A stretch of DNA of 64,000 nucleotides from Candidatus Heimdallarchaeum aukensis (GCA_021513695.1 CP084166.1:640001-704000); one strand, 5' to 3'; positions 29,267 through 39,528 are shown, numbered from the stretch's first letter. Numbers and translations: made by a program. The notes: generated by a model from the letters alone, not told the origin.

Positions 29267-30514
29267 TTATCTATTTTTCTTCTTTGTGATAATGTATGCT
29301 AGTGAAACGAAGCTCAAAGACAATATAATGAAACTAAATGTAGTGTAATCAGTTTTCTTCGTGCCTTCGATTATCACTGTTTCCCAATCAGTTTTCCACA
29401 TATCTAAGTTGTCATGCATAACAGTGGGTGAGATTATATCATTCAGTATATCCACATCATCAGGGTTTATAGCTGCATTTAGGAAACATTCAGGAACATT
29501 AGCATTTTTATTCGCAGGATACATCCATTGATTAAGAGGAATTTGATCTTGTAATTCTGTACTTAAAAACCAATCTATGAACTTCTTAGCGTTTTCTTCA
29601 TGAGGAGCATTATTAACAAGCCCTATCCCCTCAATTTGTAACCATGCGTTATTCTTTCCTTGTTCATGTGTAACAATAGCCTTAGAAGGTTGCTCTACTC
29701 CTGGTCCTACTCCCCATTGAGGGTGACAAACATCATAAGCAGGACTTGTTCCATAGCTTATCATAATCGGCCTATCCTCTGATTCAGAATAATAGATGTC
29801 AAAAGCTGCCCCCCAACTAGGAGCAATTCGAAGATCATCAGAAGTCATTCTCCACCAATCTCTCCAATCTTGATCTAACAAACCATTTAGATTTATTTTT
29901 GGGTCTCCATAAACAGCTATCGTCCATAGAAGAAAACCTAACCCAGGAGAGCTTAGTGTTGGATCCTCAACTACAAGTTTCTTATCCAAGTCATTTTCAA
30001 TTATTCCTTCTAATGTTAAGTCTTCAAGAGCAGGTGTAGAAGTTGTGTTTATTCTACTTCTGTCATACCATAAAGCAATAATTCCGTAATCATAAGGTAA
30101 AACATATTTTTCTGGATCTAAATTTTGAACGAGTTCAGAAGATATATTTACTAAAGTAGGTGATTCATAAGATTGCAATATTCCTTCATCTTTTGCAGTG
30201 TGAATTAGTACATTGTCGATTCCTATTAAAACATCAGCAACAGGATTCTCTTTTTCGAGAGAAGCTTGAGTTACAATTGTATTTGCATCCTCCAATAAAA
30301 CTAGCTTTATCTTCTCTTTTGGGATACCACTATAATTTGCAAAAGCTCCTATATAGTCAAAACCAGGGTCAGCAAGCAAGGACTCGTAAGTATAAATGAT
30401 CAGATCATAATCTTCAGCATTAATATTAGTATGTCCATCAACTAAACTACCGTTATAAAACAAAGTAAAAACTAACATTATACAAATTACCAAATTCTTA
30501 TTTTTTAGTTTCAT
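29267..30514 (-). CDS. Extracellular substrate-binding protein of the Fe3+/thiamine (AfuA/TbpA) cluster with a C-terminal transmembrane anchor
   Basis: N-terminal signal peptide, an alpha/beta solute-binding protein pattern, and a C-terminal FSFIILSLSFVSLAYIITKKKNR anchor (archaeal style). It sits directly upstream of the permease. Confidence 0.7.
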   Translation of the reverse strand: MKLKNKNLVICIMLVFTLFYNGSLVDGHTNINAEDYDLIIYTYESLLADPGFDYIGAFANYSGIPKEKIKLVLLEDANTIVTQASLEKENPVADVLIGIDNVLIHTAKDEGILQSYESPTLVNISSELVQNLDPEKYVLPYDYGIIALWYDRSRINTTSTPALEDLTLEGIIENDLDKKLVVEDPTLSSPGLGFLLWTIAVYGDPKINLNGLLDQDWRDWWRMTSDDLRIAPSWGAAFDIYYSESEDRPIMISYGTSPAYDVCHPQWGVGPGVEQPSKAIVTHEQGKNNAWLQIEGIGLVNNAPHEENAKKFIDWFLSTELQDQIPLNQWMYPANKNANVPECFLNAAINPDDVDILNDIISPTVMHDNLDMWKTDWETVIIEGTKKTDYTTFSFIILSLSFVSLAYIITKKKNR

Positions 30515-30630
30515 GTTTTAACCTTCTGATCTCTATTTAAAAAATATATGCTCCCTCTATATATCCCCTATATGAGATTGTTCGACAAAAAGCGGAAAAA
30601 TATAAATAATTAGTCAAAGAATAAAAATCT

Positions 30631-30921
30631 ATGTCAAAATCGTTTAAACTTCCTCCATATAAAAAAGAAGCAAGTTGTACGCAATTTTGCCTAGTAAGAC
30701 CAATAATGAATATTGTATACGGTATAGTTGCATTTTTCGTTTTGGCCATTTATGGGATAATAATAGGAATCACTTCTTTCATAAACTGTTTCACAGTAGT
30801 ATGTACAAAATCGAGATGGGAAACTCATTACAACGTTGTGGCTAAATTAGCTTATTGGTCAGCTCACTTTAGTATGTATTTATCAAACGCTACAGATGAT
30901 ACTCCACCTTTATGCCCATAA
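30631..30921 (+). CDS. Possible small membrane protein
   Basis: A 96-aa ORF with two hydrophobic helices, called on weak evidence. Confidence 0.3.
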   Translation: MSKSFKLPPYKKEASCTQFCLVRPIMNIVYGIVAFFVLAIYGIIIGITSFINCFTVVCTKSRWETHYNVVAKLAYWSAHFSMYLSNATDDTPPLCP

Positions 30922-30964
30922 ACCTTTTTTTATTTTTTCTAAATATTTAAAATAGATAGTTATA

Positions 30965-31666
30965 GTGTATCTTATGCGAGATTTAATCAAAGAAGAAATT
31001 GAAAGCCCCTATCTTGATGATGAAATTCATTTAAACAAACTCACTCCTTTACATGTATATTGGGAGCTAATTAAAATTTCAGCTTGGAAAAACTTTGCTC
31101 ATCATCCGACTTGTAGTGTATATAAAAATCATTATTTTAATATTGGGGGTTTAAAACTCTGCGTTGGTTGTACAAGTCTATACTCTGCTTTAATAATAGA
31201 AATAATTCTTTATTTTGTTTATAGTAGCTTTTTTGTCAACTACATTGTTTATGTAACAATCATTGGCTTAATTGGATTTAGTGTTGCAGTAATTCAATAT
31301 TTCATTAAACCAGAAAATAAATGGATAAAAGCGATGTTTAGGTTTATTTTGGGAATAGGAATAGGTAGTTATTTAATAATTGTTCTTATAACACCAAGAT
31401 GGTGGTTACAACTAATTCTGGGTTCAATTCTTATTTTAAGTGGAGCATTATATAACATTATGAGAGGAAAAGCAAATGTTCAATACTGTGACATATGTCC
31501 TTTACACAATGCAGAGCCTTACTGTGATCCATTTGAAAATACCAGGATAAAAGCAGAAAAAATACATAAAATTGTTGACGATCAAATCAGAATAATTCAA
31601 GAAAAAAAGGCAGAAAAGTGGCGAATGAAACAGGAAAAAAAGATTGAAAAAGATAAAGAAGAATAA
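30965..31666 (+). CDS. Membrane protein with N- and C-terminal Cys-rich motifs
   Basis: CVGCTS and VQYCDICPLHNAEPYCDPF motifs, four transmembrane helices, and a K/E-rich C-terminal tail. Confidence 0.55.
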   Translation: MYLMRDLIKEEIESPYLDDEIHLNKLTPLHVYWELIKISAWKNFAHHPTCSVYKNHYFNIGGLKLCVGCTSLYSALIIEIILYFVYSSFFVNYIVYVTIIGLIGFSVAVIQYFIKPENKWIKAMFRFILGIGIGSYLIIVLITPRWWLQLILGSILILSGALYNIMRGKANVQYCDICPLHNAEPYCDPFENTRIKAEKIHKIVDDQIRIIQEKKAEKWRMKQEKKIEKDKEE

Positions 31667-31687
31667 ATTTACTTATTTCACTTTTTC

Positions 31688-32887
31688 CTAATCACTCATT
31701 CGATCTTTAACTGTTATCAATGCTAATACAAAGAAAATTATTATCATTCCTGTTAGGATAACAAAATCTAACCATAGCTCTTTAAATCCCCAACCTTTCA
31801 GCATTATTCCCTTTATGATATTTACTCCATAAGTTAGAGGAAAGACGAATGAAAGGGGTTCAAGCCAATCAGGAAGACTGTAAATGGGTATTAACATTCC
31901 ACTAACTGCCATTCCAGGAATGACAATAATAGGCGTAAATTGAATTGCTTGGAACTCATTTTCTGCATAGTTAGAGAGAAATAGAGATAAAAAGATATGA
32001 ACCATTCCAAATAAAATAAAGCTAATAAATAGGAGTAAGATACTCCCTCTCACTTCAATACCAAAAACAAATATTCCAAAAATCATTATCGCAAAAATCA
32101 TTAGCAAACCAATTATAGTTAAACCAAAAACATACCCTAGCATTCTCTCTGTTGCAGTTAAAGGTGTAGAGTATAATCTCGATTCTGTACCACTTATTTT
32201 TTCTCTAATTAAAGTAACTAAAGAGATAAGAAGAAGCAGAAAAGATAGCACATAAGCCATTGAAGCAGACATCCCAACCTCTAAACCAGTATATTCTGAT
32301 CCACCATGAGCTATAATTTGGTTAATTTGTATTCCTTGGCTACCCCTAATTTCTGCTAAAGCATCATAAAGAGAGTTTAAAACACTTGCTCTTACATTTG
32401 GTTCAGTTGCATCAATATACACTATAATTTCAATAACAGTATTATAACCCATCGACAATCTGTATATACCCTCCGAGAAATTCGAAGGAATTAATATTGC
32501 AGCTATATATTTTCCTTCTTCTACTTGTTGAATATTATCTTCATATGAACCCAAATATACATCTACTCTAGTATCATTAATTAGAAAATCAGTGATATTT
32601 GTTCCAATGTCAAGTGAGATAGGACCAATATCAAAACCTTCATCTTGATTATCTATAATTATTGGAACATCTTTAACTTCACCACTAAAAGCCAAACCAA
32701 AAACAATCATTATGATAGATGGTACAACAATAAGAAGACCTAAAGTCCTAGGATCTCTCTTAAATGAATTAAGAATTCTTATTGTAACAGCTAGAACTCT
32801 TTTCCAAGAAAAAGTCTTTAATTCTTGATTTCCCTTTGTTTTCTTTTGTTCTTTGTTTATATTTTTATTTTTATCTTCTACCTTCAT
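31688..32887 (-). CDS. ABC-2 family transporter permease
   Basis: N-terminal transmembrane helix, a large extracytoplasmic loop, then five C-terminal transmembrane helices. It overlaps the upstream ATPase stop. Confidence 0.8.
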   Translation of the reverse strand: MKVEDKNKNINKEQKKTKGNQELKTFSWKRVLAVTIRILNSFKRDPRTLGLLIVVPSIIMIVFGLAFSGEVKDVPIIIDNQDEGFDIGPISLDIGTNITDFLINDTRVDVYLGSYEDNIQQVEEGKYIAAILIPSNFSEGIYRLSMGYNTVIEIIVYIDATEPNVRASVLNSLYDALAEIRGSQGIQINQIIAHGGSEYTGLEVGMSASMAYVLSFLLLLISLVTLIREKISGTESRLYSTPLTATERMLGYVFGLTIIGLLMIFAIMIFGIFVFGIEVRGSILLLFISFILFGMVHIFLSLFLSNYAENEFQAIQFTPIIVIPGMAVSGMLIPIYSLPDWLEPLSFVFPLTYGVNIIKGIMLKGWGFKELWLDFVILTGMIIIFFVLALITVKDRMSD

Positions 32888-33630
32888 TCGCTTTCCCCCA
32901 CATCGCTCAATTTTATGAATATCTCCTCTATTGTACTTGTATGATACTTTTCTTTCAGTTCTGACGGAATTCCTTCCTCAATTAACTTTCCTTTTCTCAT
33001 TAACCCTATTCTATCAGCTCTCTCTGCTTCATCCATAACATGCGAGGTTAGAATTATTGTCTTTTCTTGTTCTTTAACCAAGGACCTAAAATAATCCCAA
33101 AAGAACTTACGTTGAACTGGATCTATGCCTACAGTAGCCTCATCAAAAAACAACAAAACAGGATCGTGAATAAGAGCACAAGCAATACTTACTCTTCTCT
33201 TCATCCCTCCTGACAAATTTTTAACAACTGTCTTTCTTTTTTCATGTAAAGAGAGTATAGTTAGTAAATGATCTAATCTTTCTCTAAATTCAGATTTAGA
33301 CTGCCCATAAAGAAGTGAAAAGAAACGAACATTTTCTTCTAATGTGAGTTCATTATAAAGAGAATATTCTTGGGGGGCAATACCTATGAAATTGGCTGTT
33401 TTTTTTCTATCTTTTGGAATAGCATAATCAAGAATTCTAACTTTTCCTGAAGTTGGATAAAGAGCACCTGTTAAAACATTTATTGTTGTAGTTTTTCCAG
33501 AACCGTTTGCTCCTATTAAAGCGTAAATCTCTCCTCTTTTAATTTGTAAATTGAGGTTATCTACAGCTTTGATATTCCCCGTTTTATAGACTTTTACGAG
33601 ATCTTTGACCTCTATAATATAATTATCCAT
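32884..33630 (-). CDS. ABC-2 type transporter ATP-binding protein
   Basis: Walker A GANGSGKTT, signature LSGGMKRRVSIA, Walker B LLFFDEAT. The true start is probably the internal ATG (MDNYIIEVKDL) at 33630 rather than the track start at 33726. Confidence 0.85.
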   Translation of the reverse strand: MDNYIIEVKDLVKVYKTGNIKAVDNLNLQIKRGEIYALIGANGSGKTTTINVLTGALYPTSGKVRILDYAIPKDRKKTANFIGIAPQEYSLYNELTLEENVRFFSLLYGQSKSEFRERLDHLLTILSLHEKRKTVVKNLSGGMKRRVSIACALIHDPVLLFFDEATVGIDPVQRKFFWDYFRSLVKEQEKTIILTSHVMDEAERADRIGLMRKGKLIEEGIPSELKEKYHTSTIEEIFIKLSDVGESE

Positions 33631-33783
33631 ATTGCGTTTTTTTAGAAAATAAATATATAAAACTATTTGAGAAAAATGAAATTTTAGAAATAAATTTTGA
33701 AAAACAAAAAAATAAAGATATACCACAATAAATTAACAAAATAAAGTTAAGAAACTAAAGTAGATTATAAAAAAATGGTAGGA

Positions 33784-34248
33784 TTACCTTTTTTTTACAT
33801 AAATACCGTTAGGAAAAACAGAATAAAAAGCTTGTTTATATTTTTTAGACCTAAAAAAGCCCATAATTCTTCCACTACTATGATAAAAATGAGCATAGAA
33901 TCTAGAAACATCACGCCTTAATAAAAGGTGGAACATTAAAAAACCTATAGAAGGAGCAAGTATAATTAATCCTAACAGTTCAGGACCATCACTAAAGAAA
34001 CCTAAAGTCCAGAGGAAACTTAAAAGTGATAATATCGAGAGTATAGCTACAGAAAAAATAAATCTCATTTTGCCAATATTATAACAATATTTACAAATAT
34101 AGGTTGTAACATTGAGTTTTACAGACTGATTTTGAGTATATCCTTGATACTGTGTTTGACTTAAAAGCTGCGACCATGTATATTGCTGTTTAATTAGATG
34201 ATTCTCATTCTCATTTCCACATCGTACACACATAACAGGCCAAGACAT
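33784..34248 (-). CDS. Membrane protein with an N-terminal zinc-ribbon motif
   Basis: CVRCGNEN...CKYCYN motif followed by two transmembrane helices. Confidence 0.5.
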   Translation of the reverse strand: MSWPVMCVRCGNENENHLIKQQYTWSQLLSQTQYQGYTQNQSVKLNVTTYICKYCYNIGKMRFIFSVAILSILSLLSFLWTLGFFSDGPELLGLIILAPSIGFLMFHLLLRRDVSRFYAHFYHSSGRIMGFFRSKKYKQAFYSVFPNGIYVKKR

Positions 34249-34621
34249 AAAAAAAGAGATTCACAGCTTTATAAAAAGGTTGTTAGATTTTTTTATATTC
34301 AACTAATATCTGCAAATTATCAACTTTTTAATGGTTATATACTTCTTAAATGCTAATATTGAAATTTCAGAAAAAAATTACTTTAGGATATAACAATACT
34401 TGAAGACAAATCTGAACTAAGAAAGAAACAGTTTGGATAAAGGTTACTCCAAAAAGAAAAATTGCTATTTATGGTGTAGGAATAAAACTTTTAGAAATGA
34501 GAAAAACAGGAAAACTGGAAATATTGTAGAATTAACATAGCTTTTTTCTTTTTATTAAACTAGTTCTTAATGTACGGATAATATTTACTCTTATAAATAA
34601 ACTTGAAAAAGTTGTACTATC

Positions 34622-35350
34622 TTGCGAATTTCTAAGAACACAATAAAATTAAGAGAATACTCTATTCCGTATAGTATTGAACTTAGAGATGTAAAATACG
34701 CAAGAATTGAAATATTACCAACAAAAAAAATACGATTAATTTTCCCAAAAGGATTAGAAAACATTGATAATAAGAAGATATTAAATGAACATAAAGAATG
34801 GTTAAAAAAAAGAATTCAAAGAATTGACGAATCATTAAAAAAAATAGGCTTTAGTTGGAATAAGATAGGAGAGCATGAAATAGTTTTTGGAAAGAGATAC
34901 CAACTAAGAATTTACAGAAGCTACTACGATTCTGTTTTCTTTGAAGGTTCAATAATTTCAGTATCTGTTCGAGATATTGATAATGCTTTAAACTACCTAA
35001 GATCAATAATATATGCTGAATTTTCTAAAAAGGTTGAAACTTTCACAAATTTCTTTGCAAGAAAAATGAATGTAGAAGTAAAAAAGATTTCAATTAAAAA
35101 ACAAAAAAATATCTGGGGGAGCTGCTCAACTAAAGGAAATATAAATATCAATTTTCGTGCAGCTATATTGAGTGATGAACTATTGATGTTCTTAATTGCT
35201 CACGAAGTGGCACATCTTCAACATCCTAACCATGGACCTGGCTTTAAACAACTTCTTTCTTCCTTTTTTGAGGATATTAAAGAAAAAAATGATTTATTGG
35301 AAGCTTTTTGGTTTATTTCTCATAGTTCCAAAATTTTTTCTTTTGAATAA
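34622..35350 (+). CDS. YgjP/DUF45-family metal-dependent hydrolase (SprT/WLM-like HExxH)
   Basis: WGSCSTKGNININFRAAILSDELLMFLIAHEVAHLQHPNHGPGF is the characteristic DUF45 motif. Confidence 0.75.
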   Translation: MRISKNTIKLREYSIPYSIELRDVKYARIEILPTKKIRLIFPKGLENIDNKKILNEHKEWLKKRIQRIDESLKKIGFSWNKIGEHEIVFGKRYQLRIYRSYYDSVFFEGSIISVSVRDIDNALNYLRSIIYAEFSKKVETFTNFFARKMNVEVKKISIKKQKNIWGSCSTKGNININFRAAILSDELLMFLIAHEVAHLQHPNHGPGFKQLLSSFFEDIKEKNDLLEAFWFISHSSKIFSFE

Positions 35351-35439
35351 TCAAATCTCAACTTCTAATCATTTTTAAACGATAAACCGACAAGTTTAAA
35401 TAGTTTATAGGGGGCATATATTTACTCAATATAAAGTGA

Positions 35440-36678
35440 ATGAAAATGAGTCCATTTGAGATAAAGATTGATGAGGAGAAAAAGAAATTAGTGAAAGAGC
35501 TAATAAAGAAATTGCACCAAGGAGAAAATATACAAGAAGTGAGAAAGCAGTTTAAAGAAGTATTAAGAGATATGAATGCTTTAGAGATCACACAAGTAGA
35601 ACAGGAATTAATTAAAGAGGGAATGGATCCAAGAGAGATTTTTTCTATGTGTGACATACATTTAGAAGTGTTTAAAGAAAACCTAAGTACAAATTTGGAT
35701 TTAGCTCCACCAGGACATCCTATTCATACGTTAATGCATGAGCATGTAAAACTAGTCGAATTTGGAGAAAAGTTGTTCCAAACGACCAAGGATTTAAGAA
35801 AAGTGAAAGATTTTCCTTTTGCAGGAAACATTTTAGGAGCTATTCAAGATATTGTTAACCATTTTAAAGAAGCAGAAAAGCATTACTTAAGAGAAGAGAA
35901 TATTCTATTTCCATACTTGGAAAAACACGGAATTACGCAACCACCCAAGATTATGTGGATGGATCATGATCGTATTAGAGAATTAAAGAAGGAGATTTTT
36001 GAACTAGTAGAAGGACGAAAAATAACGGACTATTCTGAGTTTGTTGATAGACTTGAAAAGGCAAGTTTAGCATTAGCTGAATACCAAAGTGGTCATTTTG
36101 AGAAAGAAAACAAAATTCTATTTCCAACTGCTATGAAAGTTATTTCTGAAGAGGAATGGAAAGATATAACAAAGGAATTTAATGACATTGGTTATTGCTG
36201 TTTCTCACCTAAAGAAGCTGTTGAAGCAGTAGAAGAAGAACAAACTCAAAAAGCTACACTCGACTCAGGAATAATCGAATTTGAAACTGGAAAAATAGAT
36301 GTTAAAACATTAGAAGCAGTCCTAGATACACTTCCTTTTGATATCACGTTTGTTGATAAAAATGATAGAGTAGCCTATTATAGTAATTCTAGCGAGAGAC
36401 TGTTTGTTAGAACTAAAGCTATTATTGGAAGAACAGTGCAAAATTGCCATCCTAATAAAAGCATTCATATAGTAAACAAAATCATCAATGATTTTCGTGA
36501 AGGAAAGAAAGACAAGGCTGAATTTTGGTTCAGATTAGGAGACAAATACGTTTACATTCGCTACTATGCAGTTAGAAGTAGAGAAGGAGAATATTTAGGA
36601 ACTTTAGAAGTCAGCCAAGATATAGCACAAATAAAACAAATCGAAGGTGATAAGAAGCTTTTAGATTGGGAAGATTAA
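35440..36678 (+). CDS. DUF438/hemerythrin-like/PAS-domain sensor protein (COG2461-like)
   Basis: An N-terminal DUF438-like helical region, a central H/E-rich hemerythrin-like segment (HTLMHEHVKLVEF...HFKEAEKHYLREEN), and a C-terminal PAS-like segment (FDITFVDKNDRVAYYS...). Confidence 0.65.
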   Translation: MKMSPFEIKIDEEKKKLVKELIKKLHQGENIQEVRKQFKEVLRDMNALEITQVEQELIKEGMDPREIFSMCDIHLEVFKENLSTNLDLAPPGHPIHTLMHEHVKLVEFGEKLFQTTKDLRKVKDFPFAGNILGAIQDIVNHFKEAEKHYLREENILFPYLEKHGITQPPKIMWMDHDRIRELKKEIFELVEGRKITDYSEFVDRLEKASLALAEYQSGHFEKENKILFPTAMKVISEEEWKDITKEFNDIGYCCFSPKEAVEAVEEEQTQKATLDSGIIEFETGKIDVKTLEAVLDTLPFDITFVDKNDRVAYYSNSSERLFVRTKAIIGRTVQNCHPNKSIHIVNKIINDFREGKKDKAEFWFRLGDKYVYIRYYAVRSREGEYLGTLEVSQDIAQIKQIEGDKKLLDWED

Positions 36679-36693
36679 AAGGAGGAAATAAAA

Positions 36694-36924
36694 ATGGTAA
36701 AATATAAAATAACTATTAATCGAGATGAATGTATAGCTTGTGGATTATGTTATTCAGACGACCCTGAACATTTTAAAGCTGATGATTCAGATATTTCAAT
36801 GGTTGTTGGAGGAGAAACAACCGACGACTTATCAGAAGGACACTTTGATGATGACGAGATTGAAAATGTTAGAGATATAGCTTCTGAATGTCCAGCAGAG
36901 ATTATACATGTAACCGAAGAGTAA
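36694..36924 (+). CDS. Ferredoxin (single 4Fe-4S cluster, CxxCxxC...CP type)
   Basis: CIACGLCYSD ... ECPAEII. The protein is 76 aa and acidic. Confidence 0.8.
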   Translation: MVKYKITINRDECIACGLCYSDDPEHFKADDSDISMVVGGETTDDLSEGHFDDDEIENVRDIASECPAEIIHVTEE

Positions 36925-36952
36925 ATCTCTTCTTTTTTTTTGGTGATTAAAG

Positions 36953-37870
36953 TTGAGATTTCCTTGTGAATATGTTACTTCTGAATTTTTACCTGGTTTA
37001 AGGATCAGAGTCAGTCATTTGTTACGTGAAGCAGGATATTCTCAAAATGAAATTGCTGAAAAACTCGGTGTTAAGCAACCTGTTGTAGTAAGTTATCTTA
37101 AAGCATATGAAAAGAGAATTATAAAAGAAAAAGAGGACAATTTTCATTTGGATAACTTAGCTAACGAAATAACTAATGCTATTTTGGAGGGTAAATCTAC
37201 AGCTTTTTTGATTCGAACAGTTTGTACTCGATGTAAGTCTTTAAGAGTAGATAGTTTCATCTGCACTCAACACAAAAAACTTATTCCAGAGTTAAGTAAC
37301 ATAAAAAACTGCGACTTGTGTATGGGCTTTCCAGATAAAATGCCTACAATAGAAGAACGTAAACATATTAAAGATGAAATGATTGAGATGTTCAATTTAC
37401 TTACTTCGTATAAAGAATTCATTAATTGGATACCTGAAATTGGTGGACAAATTGCTCATTGTGATGATAAAGCTCTAGAATTAGATGATGTTGCCAGTTT
37501 TCCAGGAAGAATAGTGAAAGTTAAAAACGAAATTCGAAGATTAAGTGACCCTGAATTCGGTGAATCAAAAACAATGGCTCATTTATTAATCTGGGTTAGA
37601 AAATTTCAATCTAATATTAAGTGGATTTTAAGCATTAAAAACAAACCTGTTCTTCAAAAGAAACTGAAAAATCTAAATTTACCTATTTTAGAAACTCAAG
37701 AAATTGACACAAAATGGAAAAAAACTTTAGACAAACTTTCAAAAAATCCAGATATTTTCCAGTTTAGATTTTTGTTAGATAGTGGCGGAAAAGGATATGA
37801 GCCTATCACATATATCTTTGCAGAAAACAAAAACGAACTTGAAGAACTTTTGAAAAAAGTTTTTGCTTAA
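36953..37870 (+). CDS. HTH-domain putative transcriptional regulator with a CxxC-x8-C-x16-CxxC cluster and a C-terminal ligand-binding-like domain (possibly ThiN/ThiR-like)
   Basis: N-terminal HTH (SQNEIAEKLGVKQPVVVSYLK). Cys cluster CTRCKSLRVDSFICTQHKK...CDLC. The C-terminal segment IPEIGGQIAHCD..VASFPGRIVKV..FGESK..FLLDSGGKGYEPITYIF resembles ThiN, but the likeness is tentative. Confidence 0.5.
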   Translation: MRFPCEYVTSEFLPGLRIRVSHLLREAGYSQNEIAEKLGVKQPVVVSYLKAYEKRIIKEKEDNFHLDNLANEITNAILEGKSTAFLIRTVCTRCKSLRVDSFICTQHKKLIPELSNIKNCDLCMGFPDKMPTIEERKHIKDEMIEMFNLLTSYKEFINWIPEIGGQIAHCDDKALELDDVASFPGRIVKVKNEIRRLSDPEFGESKTMAHLLIWVRKFQSNIKWILSIKNKPVLQKKLKNLNLPILETQEIDTKWKKTLDKLSKNPDIFQFRFLLDSGGKGYEPITYIFAENKNELEELLKKVFA

Positions 37871-38057
37871 GTAACAAATATGTTAAGGAGGTAATTCTTC
37901 TGTTTCATCTTTTTCCTTGTTAGCTAGTTGAAACATCAGGTAAACGCTAGTTACAATTATTACTACGATGAGAAGAAACAAGAAACTCCATAGTAATGCC
38001 GAAATCATTAAATCAATTTTACTATTCTGTTTATAAAGATTCTTAAAAAACGTTATA

Positions 38058-38729
38058 ATGTCTAAAGATGCTATTCTTTTGCATATGGAAGTTGAGATTA
38101 TTAAAGTATCAGCAAAGCTTGCAGAAGATGAACTAACTAAAGTAATCAAATATCTTGAAGAAGAAAAAACAGTTATTTTTCCTACTGATACTGTATATGG
38201 TATAGGCTCTGATCTCTTCAAAGAAAAAGCTGTAAAAAGGTTGTTCGAGATCAAAAGACGACCACTAGATAAACCAATTAATGCTTTAGTATCTTCAATG
38301 AAGCAAGTACAAATGATTGTAGAAGATATTCCTGATTTAGCCGTAAAATTAATGGAAGAATTCTGGCCAGGTGGATTAACTATTATCTTAAAGAAAAAAG
38401 AAATTGTTCCAGATATAGTTACAGCAGGGAAAAAAACAATTGGAGTAAGAAAACCTAACAATAAGATTATTCTTCAGATACTTAATAAATTTGGAAAACC
38501 TCTTGCAGCTACTAGCGCTAATATTTCAGGCTTACCAAGTCCAATTACTGCAAACGAAGCTATACAACAACTAGGAAAGGAAGGTTATTTGGTTATTGAT
38601 GGAGGGAAGACATTTGAGCAACAACCATCTACAATTATTGATTTATCCTCAAAAAATCCTCTAATTCTTCGTAAAGGAAGTGTAAATGTAGAAGAACTAA
38701 AGAAAATAGTACCTTCAATTATTGAATGA
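38058..38729 (+). CDS. tsaC: L-threonylcarbamoyladenylate synthase TsaC (YrdC/Sua5 family, short form)
   Basis: VIFPTDTVYGIGSD motif, a 223-aa YrdC domain, and AATSANISG. Confidence 0.85.
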   Translation: MSKDAILLHMEVEIIKVSAKLAEDELTKVIKYLEEEKTVIFPTDTVYGIGSDLFKEKAVKRLFEIKRRPLDKPINALVSSMKQVQMIVEDIPDLAVKLMEEFWPGGLTIILKKKEIVPDIVTAGKKTIGVRKPNNKIILQILNKFGKPLAATSANISGLPSPITANEAIQQLGKEGYLVIDGGKTFEQQPSTIIDLSSKNPLILRKGSVNVEELKKIVPSIIE

Positions 38730-38769
38730 ATTTATAAATGAAAAAGATAATAATATAGCTTGAATTAAG

Positions 38770-39438
38770 ATGACCTCGAGTAAAAAAGAGAAAGTTACAA
38801 CTATTTTTTGGGACGTCGACACACAGCGAGACTTTATTGAGCCAAACGGAAAACTATATGTAAAGAATGCTGAATTGATTAAACCTAATTTAGAAAAACT
38901 TACTCAATATGCAAGAATGGCAGGAATTAGAATTCTGGGTTCCGTAGACTGGCATGTTATTGGAGATGAAGAGATAGTTGAAAAACCTGAAGAAGCAGAT
39001 TTTGATAAACATTATCCCCCACATTGTTTGAAAGGTGATCCTGGCTCAGAAAAGATAATGGAAACTCGTTCAGATACTGCAATTTTTGTAGACTATATTC
39101 CATATAATGAAGAAAGAATCAACGAAATAGTAAATAGTAATGCACCTATTTATTTCAGAAAAAAAGAGTTTGATGTCTTTACAAACCCTAACGTTTTACC
39201 TATATTAAACAAGATTAACCCCTCAAAAATTGTGATTTATGGTGTTGCTGCAGATGTATGTGTCAAATATGCTATTGATGGTTTAGCGATGAGAGGAAAT
39301 GCAGAAATTTATCTAGTAATCGATGCTATTGAAGGAATAAATGAAATAGAAACCAAAAGATTAGTCCATGCATGGCAAGTTGTAGGGATTATTCCCATCA
39401 CAACAGAGCAGGTCCTCAAAGGAAATTGGATTAAATAA
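38770..39438 (+). CDS. Isochorismatase/nicotinamidase-family cysteine hydrolase
   Basis: Catalytic D (DWHVIGDEE), K, and C (VIYGVAADVCVKYAIDGL) in the typical arrangement. Confidence 0.8.
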   Translation: MTSSKKEKVTTIFWDVDTQRDFIEPNGKLYVKNAELIKPNLEKLTQYARMAGIRILGSVDWHVIGDEEIVEKPEEADFDKHYPPHCLKGDPGSEKIMETRSDTAIFVDYIPYNEERINEIVNSNAPIYFRKKEFDVFTNPNVLPILNKINPSKIVIYGVAADVCVKYAIDGLAMRGNAEIYLVIDAIEGINEIETKRLVHAWQVVGIIPITTEQVLKGNWIK

Positions 39439-39528
39439 TTAAAAACAGTTTTCTTTTTTCAAATTTCTTTTTTAGATTAGAAAAAAAAATAAAAAAATGA
39501 CTGGAGAAATTACTGAGTTATTGAATAT

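Noticed and set aside
30537-30749. A 70-aa minus-strand ORF upstream of the substrate-binding protein gene
   Set aside because: It overlaps the plus-strand small membrane ORF and the likely promoter region. There is no supporting motif.
37883-38461. A 192-aa minus-strand ORF opposite tsaC
   Set aside because: It overlaps about 400 nt of the clearly conserved YrdC/TsaC gene on the other strand. Its composition is Ser/Ile/Phe-rich, which is typical of antisense AT-rich frames.
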